NCBI GenBank assembly: GCA_963818955.1
Contig: CAWFUY010000028.1
Span: 100,486-164,485, forward strand
Source: an uncultured Methanosarcinaceae archaeon
GTDB taxonomy: Archaea; Halobacteriota; Methanosarcinia; Methanosarcinales; Methanosarcinaceae
Length of the DNA stretch: 64,000 bases
Reading direction: 5' to 3'
Shown here: one piece after another, positions 53,822 through 64,000 of the stretch
Layout: each line of letters begins with the position of its first letter
How positions within the stretch are numbered: the first letter of the stretch is position 1
Notes under the pieces: generated by a model
Database searches by the model: none
What the model saw: the letters and a program-made list of their open reading frames with translations, nothing else
What the model was told of the DNA's origin: nothing
Position numbers and translations under genes: made by a program

Positions 53822-54196
53822 ATGTCAATATCTAAAAATAAGAATCTAAATTGCTTTATTGGCTTATTCGTTGCTATTCTTGGCAGTAAATGGAAGCCTT
53901 GCATCATCTGGAACTTGAGAAATGGTCCGCAACGATTCACGGAATTACAGAAAAAGATGAATGACGTGAATTCGAAAACGATAACCACACATCTGAGGGA
54001 ACTTGAGAAACTGAAAATAATTTCCCGTGTTGTATACCCTGAGGTTCCTCCGAGAGTTGAATATTCCCTTACTGATTATGGTAAAGCACTGTTTCCGGTA
54101 TATGATGCAATGCTCACCTGGAGTATATATTATTTGGAACATGAAGGTGTAGAATCGAACGAATGCAAAACATACTCAAAGAAATGGAGCCAATAA
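53822..54196 (+). CDS. HxlR family transcriptional regulator
   Basis: LGSKWK, RFTEL, LRELE, YPEVPPRVEYSLT; divergent from the nitroreductase. Confidence 0.93.
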   Translation: MSISKNKNLNCFIGLFVAILGSKWKPCIIWNLRNGPQRFTELQKKMNDVNSKTITTHLRELEKLKIISRVVYPEVPPRVEYSLTDYGKALFPVYDAMLTWSIYYLEHEGVESNECKTYSKKWSQ

Positions 54197-54361
54197 AGTC
54201 TTGTTCGTCCAGTAATATCCGATTGATGTTTTTCGCATATTATTATTTGAACATTTTTTAATAAAAATAACCTTAAATATCAATAGATCATTATTAATAA
54301 TGATAAATAAGTAAATTGCCACCACCTAGAAAAAAGAGATAGATAAGATATCTATCACGTT

Positions 54362-54430
54362 GTCTGAAAGCCATGACCAATTGGTGATTCGATTTCTTCG
54401 GGGGTATATTACAGAAGGTGGCTTTCAGAC
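54362..54430. repeat. Perfect 12-bp inverted repeat GTCTGAAAGCCA/TGGCTTTCAGAC
   Basis: Arms at 54362-54373 and 54419-54430. Confidence 0.8.
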
Positions 54431-54535
54431 TTAAGATAACGAACTAATTTTAAAATAAGGTTTTTTGTCAAAACTATCAGGAAATTTTAAATATTACTTT
54501 TAAACATTTATAGTAATGTTATAGGGAAAGGCCAG

Positions 54536-56844
54536 GTGGAAAATACGGAAATTAAAAACCTTGTTATTGCTTTGTTTCTTTTTGTATGCTTTTTTTCAGT
54601 AAATTGTTTAGGTTCAATTATCAATGTTGGCCCCGGCACCTCCTTCAGCCCTACGGGCTCAAACGATCAAACCGTTATTAACGCTGCCATACAATCAGCG
54701 AATCCAGGGGATACAGTACAGCTTGCATCGACCACTTTTCATATAAGTTCACCAATAAGCATGAAATCCGGGGTAACCCTTAATGGAAATGCAGTAGGTG
54801 CAACCGTTATCTATTGTGACAATCCGGACTCCAATTTTGCAACTGATAATGTAATTAACTGTAAAAATGTTTCCAATATTGTAATTTCAAATTTCTTAAT
54901 TGACGGAGGCTGGGGATCTTTAAGCAAAATGCATGCCGCAAGTAACAAGTTTAGGGAGCGTGAAAAAGGAGTAAATTTAGTTAACTGTTCAAATATAATT
55001 ATTCACGATTTGAAAATGCAAAACAGTATGGGTGACTTTATTTTTTGTACCAAAGGCACCAGCAATGTTCAAGTTTATAATACTATTTGTAAACCTGGTC
55101 ATGATAGTTTTGATGCCTGGTCAGCTGGTAATGGAATTTCAATATTTAATAACTGCTGGGGCACTTTTATAAATTCTTGCATTAAAATACATAATACGAA
55201 AAACGTCCGAATTTACAGGAATACTTTCTATACCGATACAGGTTCCGGTAATGCCGGTGTAGAAGTAATGGGAGGTAATGTAACCGGACTAAATATTTAT
55301 GATAATATCTTTTCCACACTTCAATTAAATACAATATATCAAGACCCCGCTGATGGCGTTTGTTCAGGAAAAGGTACTGTTTCAAGTAATATATTCTATA
55401 ACAGTCCTGCATATAATGGAATCAAAGGTATGAATATTACTTCAAATGGCAATATTGTAACCAGCTCCTATTCAAACTCCAGGGGTACCAAAGATTGTGG
55501 GTTTTTTGCAGACAATGTTACAAAGAAGTTACCCGTTTACACTGGTTCTCCAGCGCCGTCCGTTACTTTTCCGACTAATGGCAGTACTATATCAACTGTT
55601 AACGGGTATGTGAGTATAAGCTGGACATACTTAAACGCAAGCAGTTATTCTATCGATGTGTATAACAGTACATCCCGGTTTGATTCTTCACATCTGATAT
55701 TTAGCCTTAACACGTCACAAGCATCTGCAAATGTCCCAATAAGCGATAATGGGCCTTTTGCTATCAAAGTCGGTGCATATGATGAAGTCCGCAATTCCTG
55801 GGTCTACAATAGTCCTGTAAGTTTTTTCACAGTAAATGGTAAAACCTCGGCTACGGTCTACTCGGGTGTATTCGGACATTTGACCGATGCAGCCACCGGT
55901 CATCCTATTCAGGGTGCTGTAATCACATTATATAATGACACCTGGCGCAGTACTCAAATTACTGATGTTGACGGGCTTTACCAGTTCACTGTGAATAGTG
56001 GAAAAGGCACTTACTGTTTAACTGCTTCAGCAATAGAGTATCTTAGCAGTCCTGCACTACCAATAAATATGACCGGTACAAACACCGAACTTAGTCTGAA
56101 AATGGTTGAAGTTTCGGATTACGTTTCACCACACTATGTACAGTTATATGTTTTAAATAGTTCAAATGATAAGGTTCCAGGGTGCGAAGTGCGGATTTAT
56201 TCACCAGATAATGATCCCGGTAATGAGAAACCGAATTTTGTTGCCTGGACAAATGATGATAGCAGAATAAATTTGCACCTGACTCAAAATGTCACATATA
56301 AAGTCGAAATAATTCCTAAAGGCGGACAAACATACACTACCACATTGACCCCTGATCTGGATCAATATACTATAACAATACCCGTAAGTCCACATCTTCA
56401 TTGCCTGCAAGTCCCACCTCTTCAATACCTGCAATGGAGACCGTGATTAGTGTAAACTGCACATATAAACAGATAAACAACACGGCAGCTTACATTAATG
56501 CAAGCTATTACGATTCTTCATCCCGGTCCAGTAACCTATCTTTTGTATTAGGTACAATGAGTGAAGGAAAAACATTTGTGCCTCTGGGAATCCCAGGTAC
56601 TAATGACAAAGTAAATTATCCGGTAGGGGTGGTGAACGATTCCTTTATAGTCACGGATTACGCCGGAAAAGCGTTCACAGTAAGAATTAACGCCCAGTCT
56701 CAAACTTATGGCACTGTAAGTGAAGATCTTAATGTATCGTTCCCAGCCAGAAATGCACCTTTAGCAGGGATTTACATATATGCTTTTTTATTTTCTTTAA
56801 TTGTACTGGCTATAATTGTATATTTAATTAAAAATAAAAAATAG
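54536..56844 (+). CDS. Cell-surface protein: beta-helix plus Ig/carboxypeptidase-regulatory-like domains and C-terminal TM; -1 frameshift near 56390
   Basis: Signal peptide, NDQTVINAAI, GHLTDAATGHPIQGAVITL...TDVDGLY; second frame ends with TM plus KNKK. Confidence 0.8.
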
Positions 56845-56944
56845 GGGTACTTTTAGACCCTTAAAATTATTACTTTATCATGCGAATCGATTAACGAATC
56901 GGTTAAAGCGTGAGCTAATCGGCTACTACGACTTCATAAATCGG

Positions 56945-57916
56945 TTAGTTTTCCTTGCGTTCATCTATAAAATCGAGGAGTTCCTGGGAATCATTTATCT
57001 TATCGAGCTCTTTCTTTTCAATTAGCACCGTATTTTCAACGGATTTGATTTTGGAGTGCCCGTTTATGATAAATACGGATTTTGTTTGAGTAACGCAGGA
57101 AATGCTGCTCATGAGATGTGCTCTTTTTATAACTGTTGTATTGAATTCGCTCACTCCTGTAAGGATAACCGAAGATTTGTCGCGTGAAATGGCCTTGAAA
57201 GGTGCCTGTGCTGTAGGAAGGACATCGTAGCCAAGCATGGAAATGGTGTTTAGGATCAAATCTTCCGGCAAAGATCTTTCAGGTTTCATCTGATTTTCAT
57301 CATTGAGTTCTGTCTTTTTACGAGACTTTTTACTTCCTAATGAATTCAGGATATTTATCGGCTTTGCTAGCTCAATCCCGAAGATGTCCTCAAGCTGAAG
57401 TACGACGTCTATGGACGCGTCCATTCCTTCTTCTTCGTACTTGCTAATTGTTCTCCTGGATACTCCTACCATGGTAGCGAGAGTTCCAAGTGACATGGAT
57501 TTATCCATCCGGACTTTCCTGAGGGTATCACCTTCTATGGAAACATACAGCCCTCCGGGAGCCGCTGAGACAAGCGGGGGTATGTTCTCGAGAAAATAAT
57601 CAATAAGAGTCTGGGCATTCAGAGCAAGTATGTCATAGCGCATATATACGACGTTATCCTCAAGCATCTGGTCTCTAGTCTTAGCCCCCACTACGATAGC
57701 CGAGCCTCCAAGATACTCGGCCAGATACTTCATCTCCCTGGCAGTTTCTTCGTTCAGGCCGTCAATATTAAATAAAGCTTTGCACAGTAAAAGTATCTCG
57801 CCCTTCCGTGCAGCAACATCGAAACTCCTCGGACGGATATTACAACGGTCGGATATCACAAAGCCTGCGCGAGCCAATACATCGATTATTTGATGTATGA
57901 GATCTTCTTTTGTCAT
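56945..57916 (-). CDS. Conserved archaeal Cro/C1-type HTH protein
   Basis: RPRSFDVAARK, APGGLYV, SLGTLATMVGVSRRTISKYEE; divergent from tiaS. Confidence 0.88.
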   Translation of the reverse strand: MTKEDLIHQIIDVLARAGFVISDRCNIRPRSFDVAARKGEILLLCKALFNIDGLNEETAREMKYLAEYLGGSAIVVGAKTRDQMLEDNVVYMRYDILALNAQTLIDYFLENIPPLVSAAPGGLYVSIEGDTLRKVRMDKSMSLGTLATMVGVSRRTISKYEEEGMDASIDVVLQLEDIFGIELAKPINILNSLGSKKSRKKTELNDENQMKPERSLPEDLILNTISMLGYDVLPTAQAPFKAISRDKSSVILTGVSEFNTTVIKRAHLMSSISCVTQTKSVFIINGHSKIKSVENTVLIEKKELDKINDSQELLDFIDERKEN

Positions 57917-58044
57917 TACAGTAACAATGTCTATTTGAACATCTATATATACGTTTCTTTACTATTGATAAACATTCATTTTAAGATCAGCCGGTGAGTT
58001 GCGAAAATCCCCTTAAATAGAAAATATCACGGTATAGGAAAGAA

Positions 58045-59331
58045 ATGATTATCGGAATTGATGATACTGATTCAAATGAAGGTATGTGCACCACATATCT
58101 GGGTGCTCTGCTGCTCGATGAACTGAAGGCCTACGGTACCGTAGAAGCCCTGCCTATGCTCGTGCGCCTGAATCCTACCATTCCTTACAAAACCAGGGGA
58201 AATGCAGCGGTAGCCCTGAAACTTAACACCCGTTCCCCTGAGAAAGTTATTGTTCATGTTTTGTCCAGGATAGAAAAACTCGCACGCATGGAGTGCGAAA
58301 AAACCAATCCGGGTGCGGTTTTTATTCTGGAAAAGGACTACGAAAAGCTCAAGACTGTGCTCTTTAACTTTCTGGAAGAAACTGTGCAGAATGTAATAGA
58401 AATTCAGGAGGCAAAAAGTCTTATTTCCGAATTTGGAATTTCCGCCAGAGGCTTCAAGAACGGGAGAGGTTTGATAGGCGCCCTTGCAGCCTGCGGTGCT
58501 ATGTTAAATCCCGATGAATGGGAGCATACTTTTGAACACCTGGCATACAGGCAAAAGGAAAAATGGGGGACCCTACGCGAAATTGATAAAAGGAGCTTCT
58601 TTGAAGCTGATAGGAAAACTTATCCGGAGACCTGGGATACGGTAGACCTGAGAAATAAAATGGTAGTCTGCGTACCCCACTCAGCCGATCCTGTGCTTTT
58701 CGGGATCAGAGGGAATAACCCCAAAGCCGTTACTGAAGCTGCACTTAGTATAAGTTCCGAACCTGTAGAAAGGTTTGCAGTATACAGGACAAACCAGGGC
58801 ACGGATATGCATCTCCTGCATGCGGGAAACATTGCTGAAGTCCGGGACCTGCATTCTTACAGGCTTGAGGGCAAGGTTTCGGCAATTCCCAAAACCATTT
58901 GTGGAGGACATGTTTTTTTTAAGATCCGGGACGAGCGTGGTGATGAGATAGGTTGTGCAGCCTTCGAACCGACCAAGAACTTCCGGGACCTTGTCCGGAA
59001 GCTTATTCCAGGGGATCAGGTCATACTTTCAGGTAGTGTCACTTCCATGACCCTTAATATTGAAAAAATGGAAATTAAAACTCTTGTACCTCTTTTTATT
59101 GAAGAAAACCCATTATGCCCGGAGTGCAAAAAACATATGAAATCTGCCGGGCAGGGCCAGGGATTTCGCTGCAAGCAGTGTAATACAGAGGCTCTATCTA
59201 AAATCAGGTATGCTGTAGAAAGGGATATTGATACAGGATTGTACGAAGTCCCGCCCTGTGCCAGAAGGCATCTTGCAAAGCCGCTAATAAGGGAAAAAAG
59301 AACTGATATTAAGGTTCATCCTTCCAGGTGA
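58045..59331 (+). CDS. tiaS: tRNA(Ile2) agmatinylcytidine synthetase
   Basis: IGIDDTDS..GMCTTY, RLNPTIPYKTRGN, GRGLIGALAA, TNQGTD, CPEC...CKQC, ARRHLAKP. Confidence 0.96.
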   Translation: MIIGIDDTDSNEGMCTTYLGALLLDELKAYGTVEALPMLVRLNPTIPYKTRGNAAVALKLNTRSPEKVIVHVLSRIEKLARMECEKTNPGAVFILEKDYEKLKTVLFNFLEETVQNVIEIQEAKSLISEFGISARGFKNGRGLIGALAACGAMLNPDEWEHTFEHLAYRQKEKWGTLREIDKRSFFEADRKTYPETWDTVDLRNKMVVCVPHSADPVLFGIRGNNPKAVTEAALSISSEPVERFAVYRTNQGTDMHLLHAGNIAEVRDLHSYRLEGKVSAIPKTICGGHVFFKIRDERGDEIGCAAFEPTKNFRDLVRKLIPGDQVILSGSVTSMTLNIEKMEIKTLVPLFIEENPLCPECKKHMKSAGQGQGFRCKQCNTEALSKIRYAVERDIDTGLYEVPPCARRHLAKPLIREKRTDIKVHPSR

Positions 59332-59388
59332 ATGAAAAAACCCGTATGGAAGCGAAGAACTCTTCTTTATTAAAAAAGCACTTCGTAC

Positions 59389-59853
59389 CTAACCGAAAAT
59401 GTTTATTACTCGTGCACCTTCAAGCTTGGACATTTCTACTTCCGAGCTTTCCAGCACTTTTTTTCTAATCCGGATGGGGGCACCCGAGCGGAGGGCGAGG
59501 GCAATGCAGTCGCTTGGCCTTGCGTCAAACTGCATAATATTATTGTTCTGTCGGATAAGAAGGCGGGCATAGTAGATGTTGTCTATTTTGTCATCGATCA
59601 TTATACCCTCAATTTTTATTCCCAATCGGTCAAAGATGTTTACCATAAGGTCATGTGACATCGGACGCGGAGGAGAAATTTTTTTAAGCACATTTCCTAT
59701 TGAAAGTGCCTCCAAGTGACCTATAAAAATAGGAAGCATACTGCCTTTCGTATTCTCAAGGAGCACTACAGGTGTCGGGTCGGTAAAGACATCAACTATG
59801 TAGACATCTTTGACGCGAATCTCCTCGAAGTCCTCATAGTTATCGATGTCCAT
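59389..59853 (-). CDS. Bifunctional nuclease (DUF151) protein
   Basis: LPIFIG..EA, PRPMSHDL, DARPSDCIALALR. Confidence 0.93.
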   Translation of the reverse strand: MDIDNYEDFEEIRVKDVYIVDVFTDPTPVVLLENTKGSMLPIFIGHLEALSIGNVLKKISPPRPMSHDLMVNIFDRLGIKIEGIMIDDKIDNIYYARLLIRQNNNIMQFDARPSDCIALALRSGAPIRIRKKVLESSEVEMSKLEGARVINIFG

Positions 59854-60215
59854 GTTTCATAGTTAATTTCTCACCTTATTTAATACTTGTTTAATTACTC
59901 GGAATACGTTGACGTTATACTGAATACACAACGCCCCCTTAGTGTATAATTTTCTTTGTAAACTAACACTGTTCGTTTATTCATATTCTTCGTTTTTCAG
60001 TAATCAAACACAAATTGCGGTAAGTTGTTTTGACATTGAATGGTTCAGGTTCGTAATATTTAGAATAGATGCAAAAAACATATAAGACATATTCACAGTT
60101 GTAGTTCATAAGTTTCTTAAAATATTAAAATTAAAAGCATCTATATCCGGATAAAGGACTGAATAAAATATATTTTCATGATTTATATATAATTTAGATA
60201 GTTTGTGATACCAGT

Positions 60216-60440
60216 ATGGAAATTCAAAATATATTCCTGAGCATAATTTGGCTCAGTGGTTTCTTAGTTTTATGCGCCGGTGCTCTCTGGATGTTAAAAG
60301 TAATTGTGGATTCGGTTACACTTTTAGGGGACAAGAATAAAGATAAAAATGCAGCCGGGCAATTTATTGAAGAGACCGGTGAGCTTGACCTGGGTGTTAA
60401 TGCTTTCTCAGATGTAATGCCGGAAAAACCAGAGAATTGA
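60216..60440 (+). CDS. Small single-TM hypothetical protein
   Basis: 74-aa ORF with hydrophobic N-terminus; TTTATATA at ~60183. Confidence 0.55.
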   Translation: MEIQNIFLSIIWLSGFLVLCAGALWMLKVIVDSVTLLGDKNKDKNAAGQFIEETGELDLGVNAFSDVMPEKPEN

Positions 60441-60753
60441 TACAGCCAGTAGTTCCAAATATTGAAAATTCAACAAATAATTATAAAAGTGAGTAAGTTA
60501 TAATAGATTAGAAGTTAAAATAATTTATAAGTTTTAATGGATTAGAGGTATGGGGCAGTTATCTGTATAATGAAAAATAATCTTTTAGATATAAAAAACT
60601 TGATCTGGTCAAAATAAACAAATTATTAATTTTCCATAAAATGTAAAGTTTTTATATGAAATTGTTTTACTAATATTGATCAGAAATTTAGGTATATATT
60701 CCAGTGACGTTTAATAGTGTCCTGTAGGCATTGTTTTAAGAAGAGGGTATCGA

Positions 60754-61116
60754 ATGTTATTAAGCAGTGTATCATCCAGTATAATTTCAAGCGCCGTATC
60801 ATCAAGCGCAGTGTCATCTGCAGTGTCTTCAAGTGCAGTGTCATCTGCTGTGTCATCCAGCGCAGTGTCATCAAGTGCCGTATCATCCAGTGCAATCTCT
60901 TCAAGTGCAATTTCCATGATTACAACGCCCGGTTTACCTCATTATGGCGTTGCAATGGTTTCTGCGCTCATAGTAGTGCTTGCTCTTAAAGAAATACTTT
61001 CTTCCTCTCAAAAGTGGAATAAGTATCTTAATAATTCATTTAATATGGCTTCTGTGCCTCTAACATTCACTTTTCTGTTTATTCTCGGGTTCAAGATAAT
61101 GACAATTCTCGGTTAA
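60754..61116 (+). CDS. Small membrane protein with N-terminal (S)AVSS repeats and two TM helices
   Basis: GAGGGT RBS; synonymous variation among repeat codons; TMs GVAMVSALIVVLAL and VPLTFTFLFILGF. Confidence 0.75.
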   Translation: MLLSSVSSSIISSAVSSSAVSSAVSSSAVSSAVSSSAVSSSAVSSSAISSSAISMITTPGLPHYGVAMVSALIVVLALKEILSSSQKWNKYLNNSFNMASVPLTFTFLFILGFKIMTILG

Positions 61117-61119
61117 TCA

Positions 61120-61883
61120 CTCGAGTTTCGCTTCCCGAGTTTCGCTTCCCGAGTTTCGCTTCCCGAGTTTCGCTTCCCGAGTTTCGCTTCCCGAGTTTCG
61201 CTTCCCGAGTTTCGCTTCGGGAGCACGAGGTCCGTTTCGCTCGCTTTGCTCGCTCAAGCAGACTAATTTATTTCATAGGTTCATAACCCTCTTTTTTTTC
61301 ACCGTTGTCTATGTAGTTATGAACTTTTTAGTACAGGCTTTTGTTCCTTGATTTTGTAAAAGGAACCGAAGCAATATTATTCGCATCTTAAACGGAGATT
61401 GTACGCACGCAGTGCGGCTTTCCCATTATTAAAAAGAAGTTTAGAAATGAAAGTTTCATCCCACTTTCCGAAGCAAAATTTTGTGTTTTCATAATTTTTA
61501 CTGCTATCGAATTTCTAATTCACATACTTTGAATGAACTTTTGGGCATGAATTAAAGTTGGATTTTGGTTCATTTTTAGTTAATTAATAGACCAAAAATC
61601 GACAGCATTAAATTTCCATCACGTTCTGTTTGGGTTTAAATTACTTTAATACATTCCAAAAACGCTTATCTGTAAAATTATTGATTTTCGAAAAAATACT
61701 GCGGAATATGGATTCCATAACATGTTTTGTCAATAAAAAATCTTTAATTATTATATTTAAAGTCTTCACTTTCTTTTATCTATTTCGTGAAGGCCCGAGC
61801 TTCGCTCGGTGAAAAGACAGGTTGAGGACGGTGAATATGGTTTTTCGGTACAGTTTTACAGACTGGTTTCGCTTCGGAATCAC
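61120..61883. mobile_element. Composite dispersed element, copy 3 (A-B-spacer-C-partial A)
   Basis: 7 x CCCGAGTTTCGCTT and hairpins 61120-61265; block B ~61369-61424; block C ~61789-61860; GTTTCGCTTCGGAATCAC 61866-61883; mobility is inferred. Confidence 0.6.
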
Positions 61884-61890
61884 AGAAAAA

Positions 61891-63105
61891 TCAGATCCAG
61901 CCAATCAGATGCAGGGGCAGGATCCCGAAGAGGAAAACATTGACAAAACCGTGCAAGACTGCAATAAACGGCAAGCTCCTGGTTTTGTGGAAGATTATCC
62001 CAATGACAAGCCCTACGAAGCCTGTGTAGAGCATTTCGTAATAGGTACCGTAACCCGAGTGCATGAGACCGAACAGGAAACTCGTTATCAAGAGAGCTTC
62101 GGGCATACTTAAAGCCTGTTCGAGCCTGGTCTGGAGCAGTGACCTGAAGATAAGTTCCTCGACCAGCCCGACAAAGAAGACCATAATAACCGTGAGCAGA
62201 AGCAGGTTCTTAAAGCTAAGATCCGGGATCAGGTACCCGGGCCGGATTGTCAGGTACTCTCCAAGCCCCAGCAGGAAGCTCAGCGGTACTGCAAGGATTA
62301 TATAGAACAGTAAATGCTTTTTTGTAATCCCCATCTCGGCGAGAGAGTCACGCTGGTGTATCATTATTGCTGCTATCGGGATTGCCAGAGGCGTATAATA
62401 CAAAACAAAAGTGTAGAGTGTCATATTGGAAAAAACAGGCATTGAAAGGTTTACGAGCCTGAGAAGCGGGAGGAGCATCAGCGGCAAATGTATTTTGTGA
62501 ACTTTCGGGTCTCTTATTAAGATGTTGGAAAGGGAAAGGGCAAACAGGACCAGGATATGAACCCAGACCGCGATATCCAGCTGGCCAAAAAAGATAAGCA
62601 ATTCGGCTATGGCTATAAACAGGATCGGGACCGCAATATACAGCTTGAGTTGTTTGGCAGTGACTTCTTTATAGACTTCCGGTTCTTGGACTACTTTTTT
62701 TGGAATTGCTACTTCCTGGACTATTTCTTCTTGAACTTCCCCCTCATGAACCACCTTTTCCGCAATTTTTATTTCCGGAACTCCCTTTTCCTTAACTGCT
62801 TCCTCACCGGGTTTTATTTTTCGAGTTTTGAACGAATAAAGAGTTTCGCGGAGATCAGTTATGAAGTCGCTATCTCCCCTGGTAATACGCGAATAAATGA
62901 ACACGATCAGGAGTGCAGCCCCCATTCCGGCTAACATATACGCAAAGTCAACGTTATGTTCAATCTCATTCAGGAAACTGTAGTTCTCATTTGTGCTAAC
63001 GGATGCGACTGCAGGAGAAATTGCCAGTAGAGTAAGGATCAGAGCTGAGAGTATTAATAAGACAATTTTTTTTAGTGCTTTGGGGGGTTTAATTAATTTT
63101 TTCAC
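61891..63105 (-). CDS. CPBP (Abi/CAAX) intramembrane glutamic protease with N-terminal extension
   Basis: VEELIFR, FGLMH, HGFVN motifs. Confidence 0.9.
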   Translation of the reverse strand: MKKLIKPPKALKKIVLLILSALILTLLAISPAVASVSTNENYSFLNEIEHNVDFAYMLAGMGAALLIVFIYSRITRGDSDFITDLRETLYSFKTRKIKPGEEAVKEKGVPEIKIAEKVVHEGEVQEEIVQEVAIPKKVVQEPEVYKEVTAKQLKLYIAVPILFIAIAELLIFFGQLDIAVWVHILVLFALSLSNILIRDPKVHKIHLPLMLLPLLRLVNLSMPVFSNMTLYTFVLYYTPLAIPIAAIMIHQRDSLAEMGITKKHLLFYIILAVPLSFLLGLGEYLTIRPGYLIPDLSFKNLLLLTVIMVFFVGLVEELIFRSLLQTRLEQALSMPEALLITSFLFGLMHSGYGTYYEMLYTGFVGLVIGIIFHKTRSLPFIAVLHGFVNVFLFGILPLHLIGWI

Positions 63106-63684
63106 GGAAGTAGCTCCTTTTTAAGTGAGGCGAGCTCTGATTTGTTAATTTGCCATAAAGAGTTTTACTATCTTCTTGATTTGGAACAAAGTTGTGAGAA
63201 CATATGAAACTGATGTCCTTAGACCAGTACATCATCCAAAGTATGCAAAAATAATTTTTATTTCCCTGCATATTTTTTGATACTTTGTGTTTTTGCAAAG
63301 AATTCATTCATTATATTTTTCGATATACAATGTCCATTGCTTATTTATACAATAAGATTTTGGTCACCATTCCCCTATTCCCGGCTTGAGTTAAGATGCT
63401 AATTTATGCAGGCAAGCAGGATATAATATGAATAAACGCTGCTTATTCAAGGGTTAAGATGCTAAAATATGACTGAAAATCCCTTATTGTAAATCTTATA
63501 TAAATCTCTATTCATATTGATGCATTTATAATTATATAGATTAGTTTTTAGATCAGACTAAAGTTAATTATATTAATAATTATCTAAAATTAAACCCCAT
63601 TAGAATATAAATGCATTATATTTCAATCAAATATTTTGTTATTTGAATAAAAATATTTTATAGTCAGTCATTATAGATTCACTT

Positions 63685-63815
63685 TAGCCTGCTAATTAAT
63701 TAAATTAGCTGATCGATAAACGTAAATCAGCCTGCTGAATCAACACTAAATCAGCCTGCTAATTAAACAAATTAGACCGATAAACATACACATGCCTTGA
63801 ACCAACACTGAAAGC
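63685..63815. repeat. ~66-bp degenerate tandem duplication containing CTAATT-N5-AATTAG palindromes and 3 x AGCCTGCT
   Basis: AGCCTGCTAATTAATTAAATTAG...CAACACT near 63686 repeated as AGCCTGCTAATTAAACAAATTAG...CAACACT near 63753. Confidence 0.7.
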
Positions 63816-63886
63816 TGCAAGAAAAAAGCAAAAGCAGGGAAATAATTTAATGCATTCAAGACAGAAACTCACCTTCGGGCTGGCTT

Positions 63887-64000
63887 TTATCTCTGCCCGG
63901 AGGTGTTCAAGGTCATGTTTGCGTCAGTTGTTCCTGTTTTCCCTGTCGTGTTCCCTGTCGTGTTCCCTGTCGTGTTCCCTGTCGCGTTTACGTCAATCCA
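63887..64000 (-). CDS. C-terminal end of a gene running off the window, probably DUF1616-like
   Basis: WIDVNATGNTTGNTTGNTTGKTGTTDANMTLNTSGQR-TAA; 12-bp repeat encodes NTTG; family inferred from the WIDV ending and CPBP neighbour. Confidence 0.55.
   Translation of the reverse strand, partial: WIDVNATGNTTGNTTGNTTGKTGTTDANMTLNTSGQR

Noticed and set aside
60680-60917. Minus-strand DDTAL-repeat ORFs
   Set aside because: Antisense shadow of the SAVSS-repeat gene, which has an RBS and TM domains
61120-61217. CRISPR array
   Set aside because: The 14-bp units are directly adjacent with no unique spacers, and there are no cas genes in the window

Overview
This window is core chromosome of a Methanosarcina-like methanogenic archaeon. 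The call rests on mch, cofE, tiaS, cbiD/cbiE, class I LysRS, an LSm/RPC34-like pair and disaggregatase-type beta-helix surface proteins. It carries about 55 CDS, tRNA-Pro(GGG) and mutS-mutL, and I found no CRISPR array, transposase or rRNA. Several genes have clustered single-base indels (corA, mscS, a small Zn-ribbon gene, a PEF-CTERM paralog, uppS, a surface protein) that may be assembly errors. The most notable observations are: (1) a full-length class I LysRS whose ATP- and lysine-binding motifs are substituted while the Zn-binding and anticodon domains are kept, coupled to a SAM methyltransferase; (2) a modular non-coding element in three copies, built from GNA-capped hairpins, locally expanded 14-bp arrays and an inverted pair of ends around variable DNA; (3) a strand-asymmetric structured leader before cbiD-cbiE; (4) long duplicated leaders with a conserved 8-codon uORF and periodic repeats before two PEF-CTERM genes. 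All family calls come from motif recognition, not database searches.
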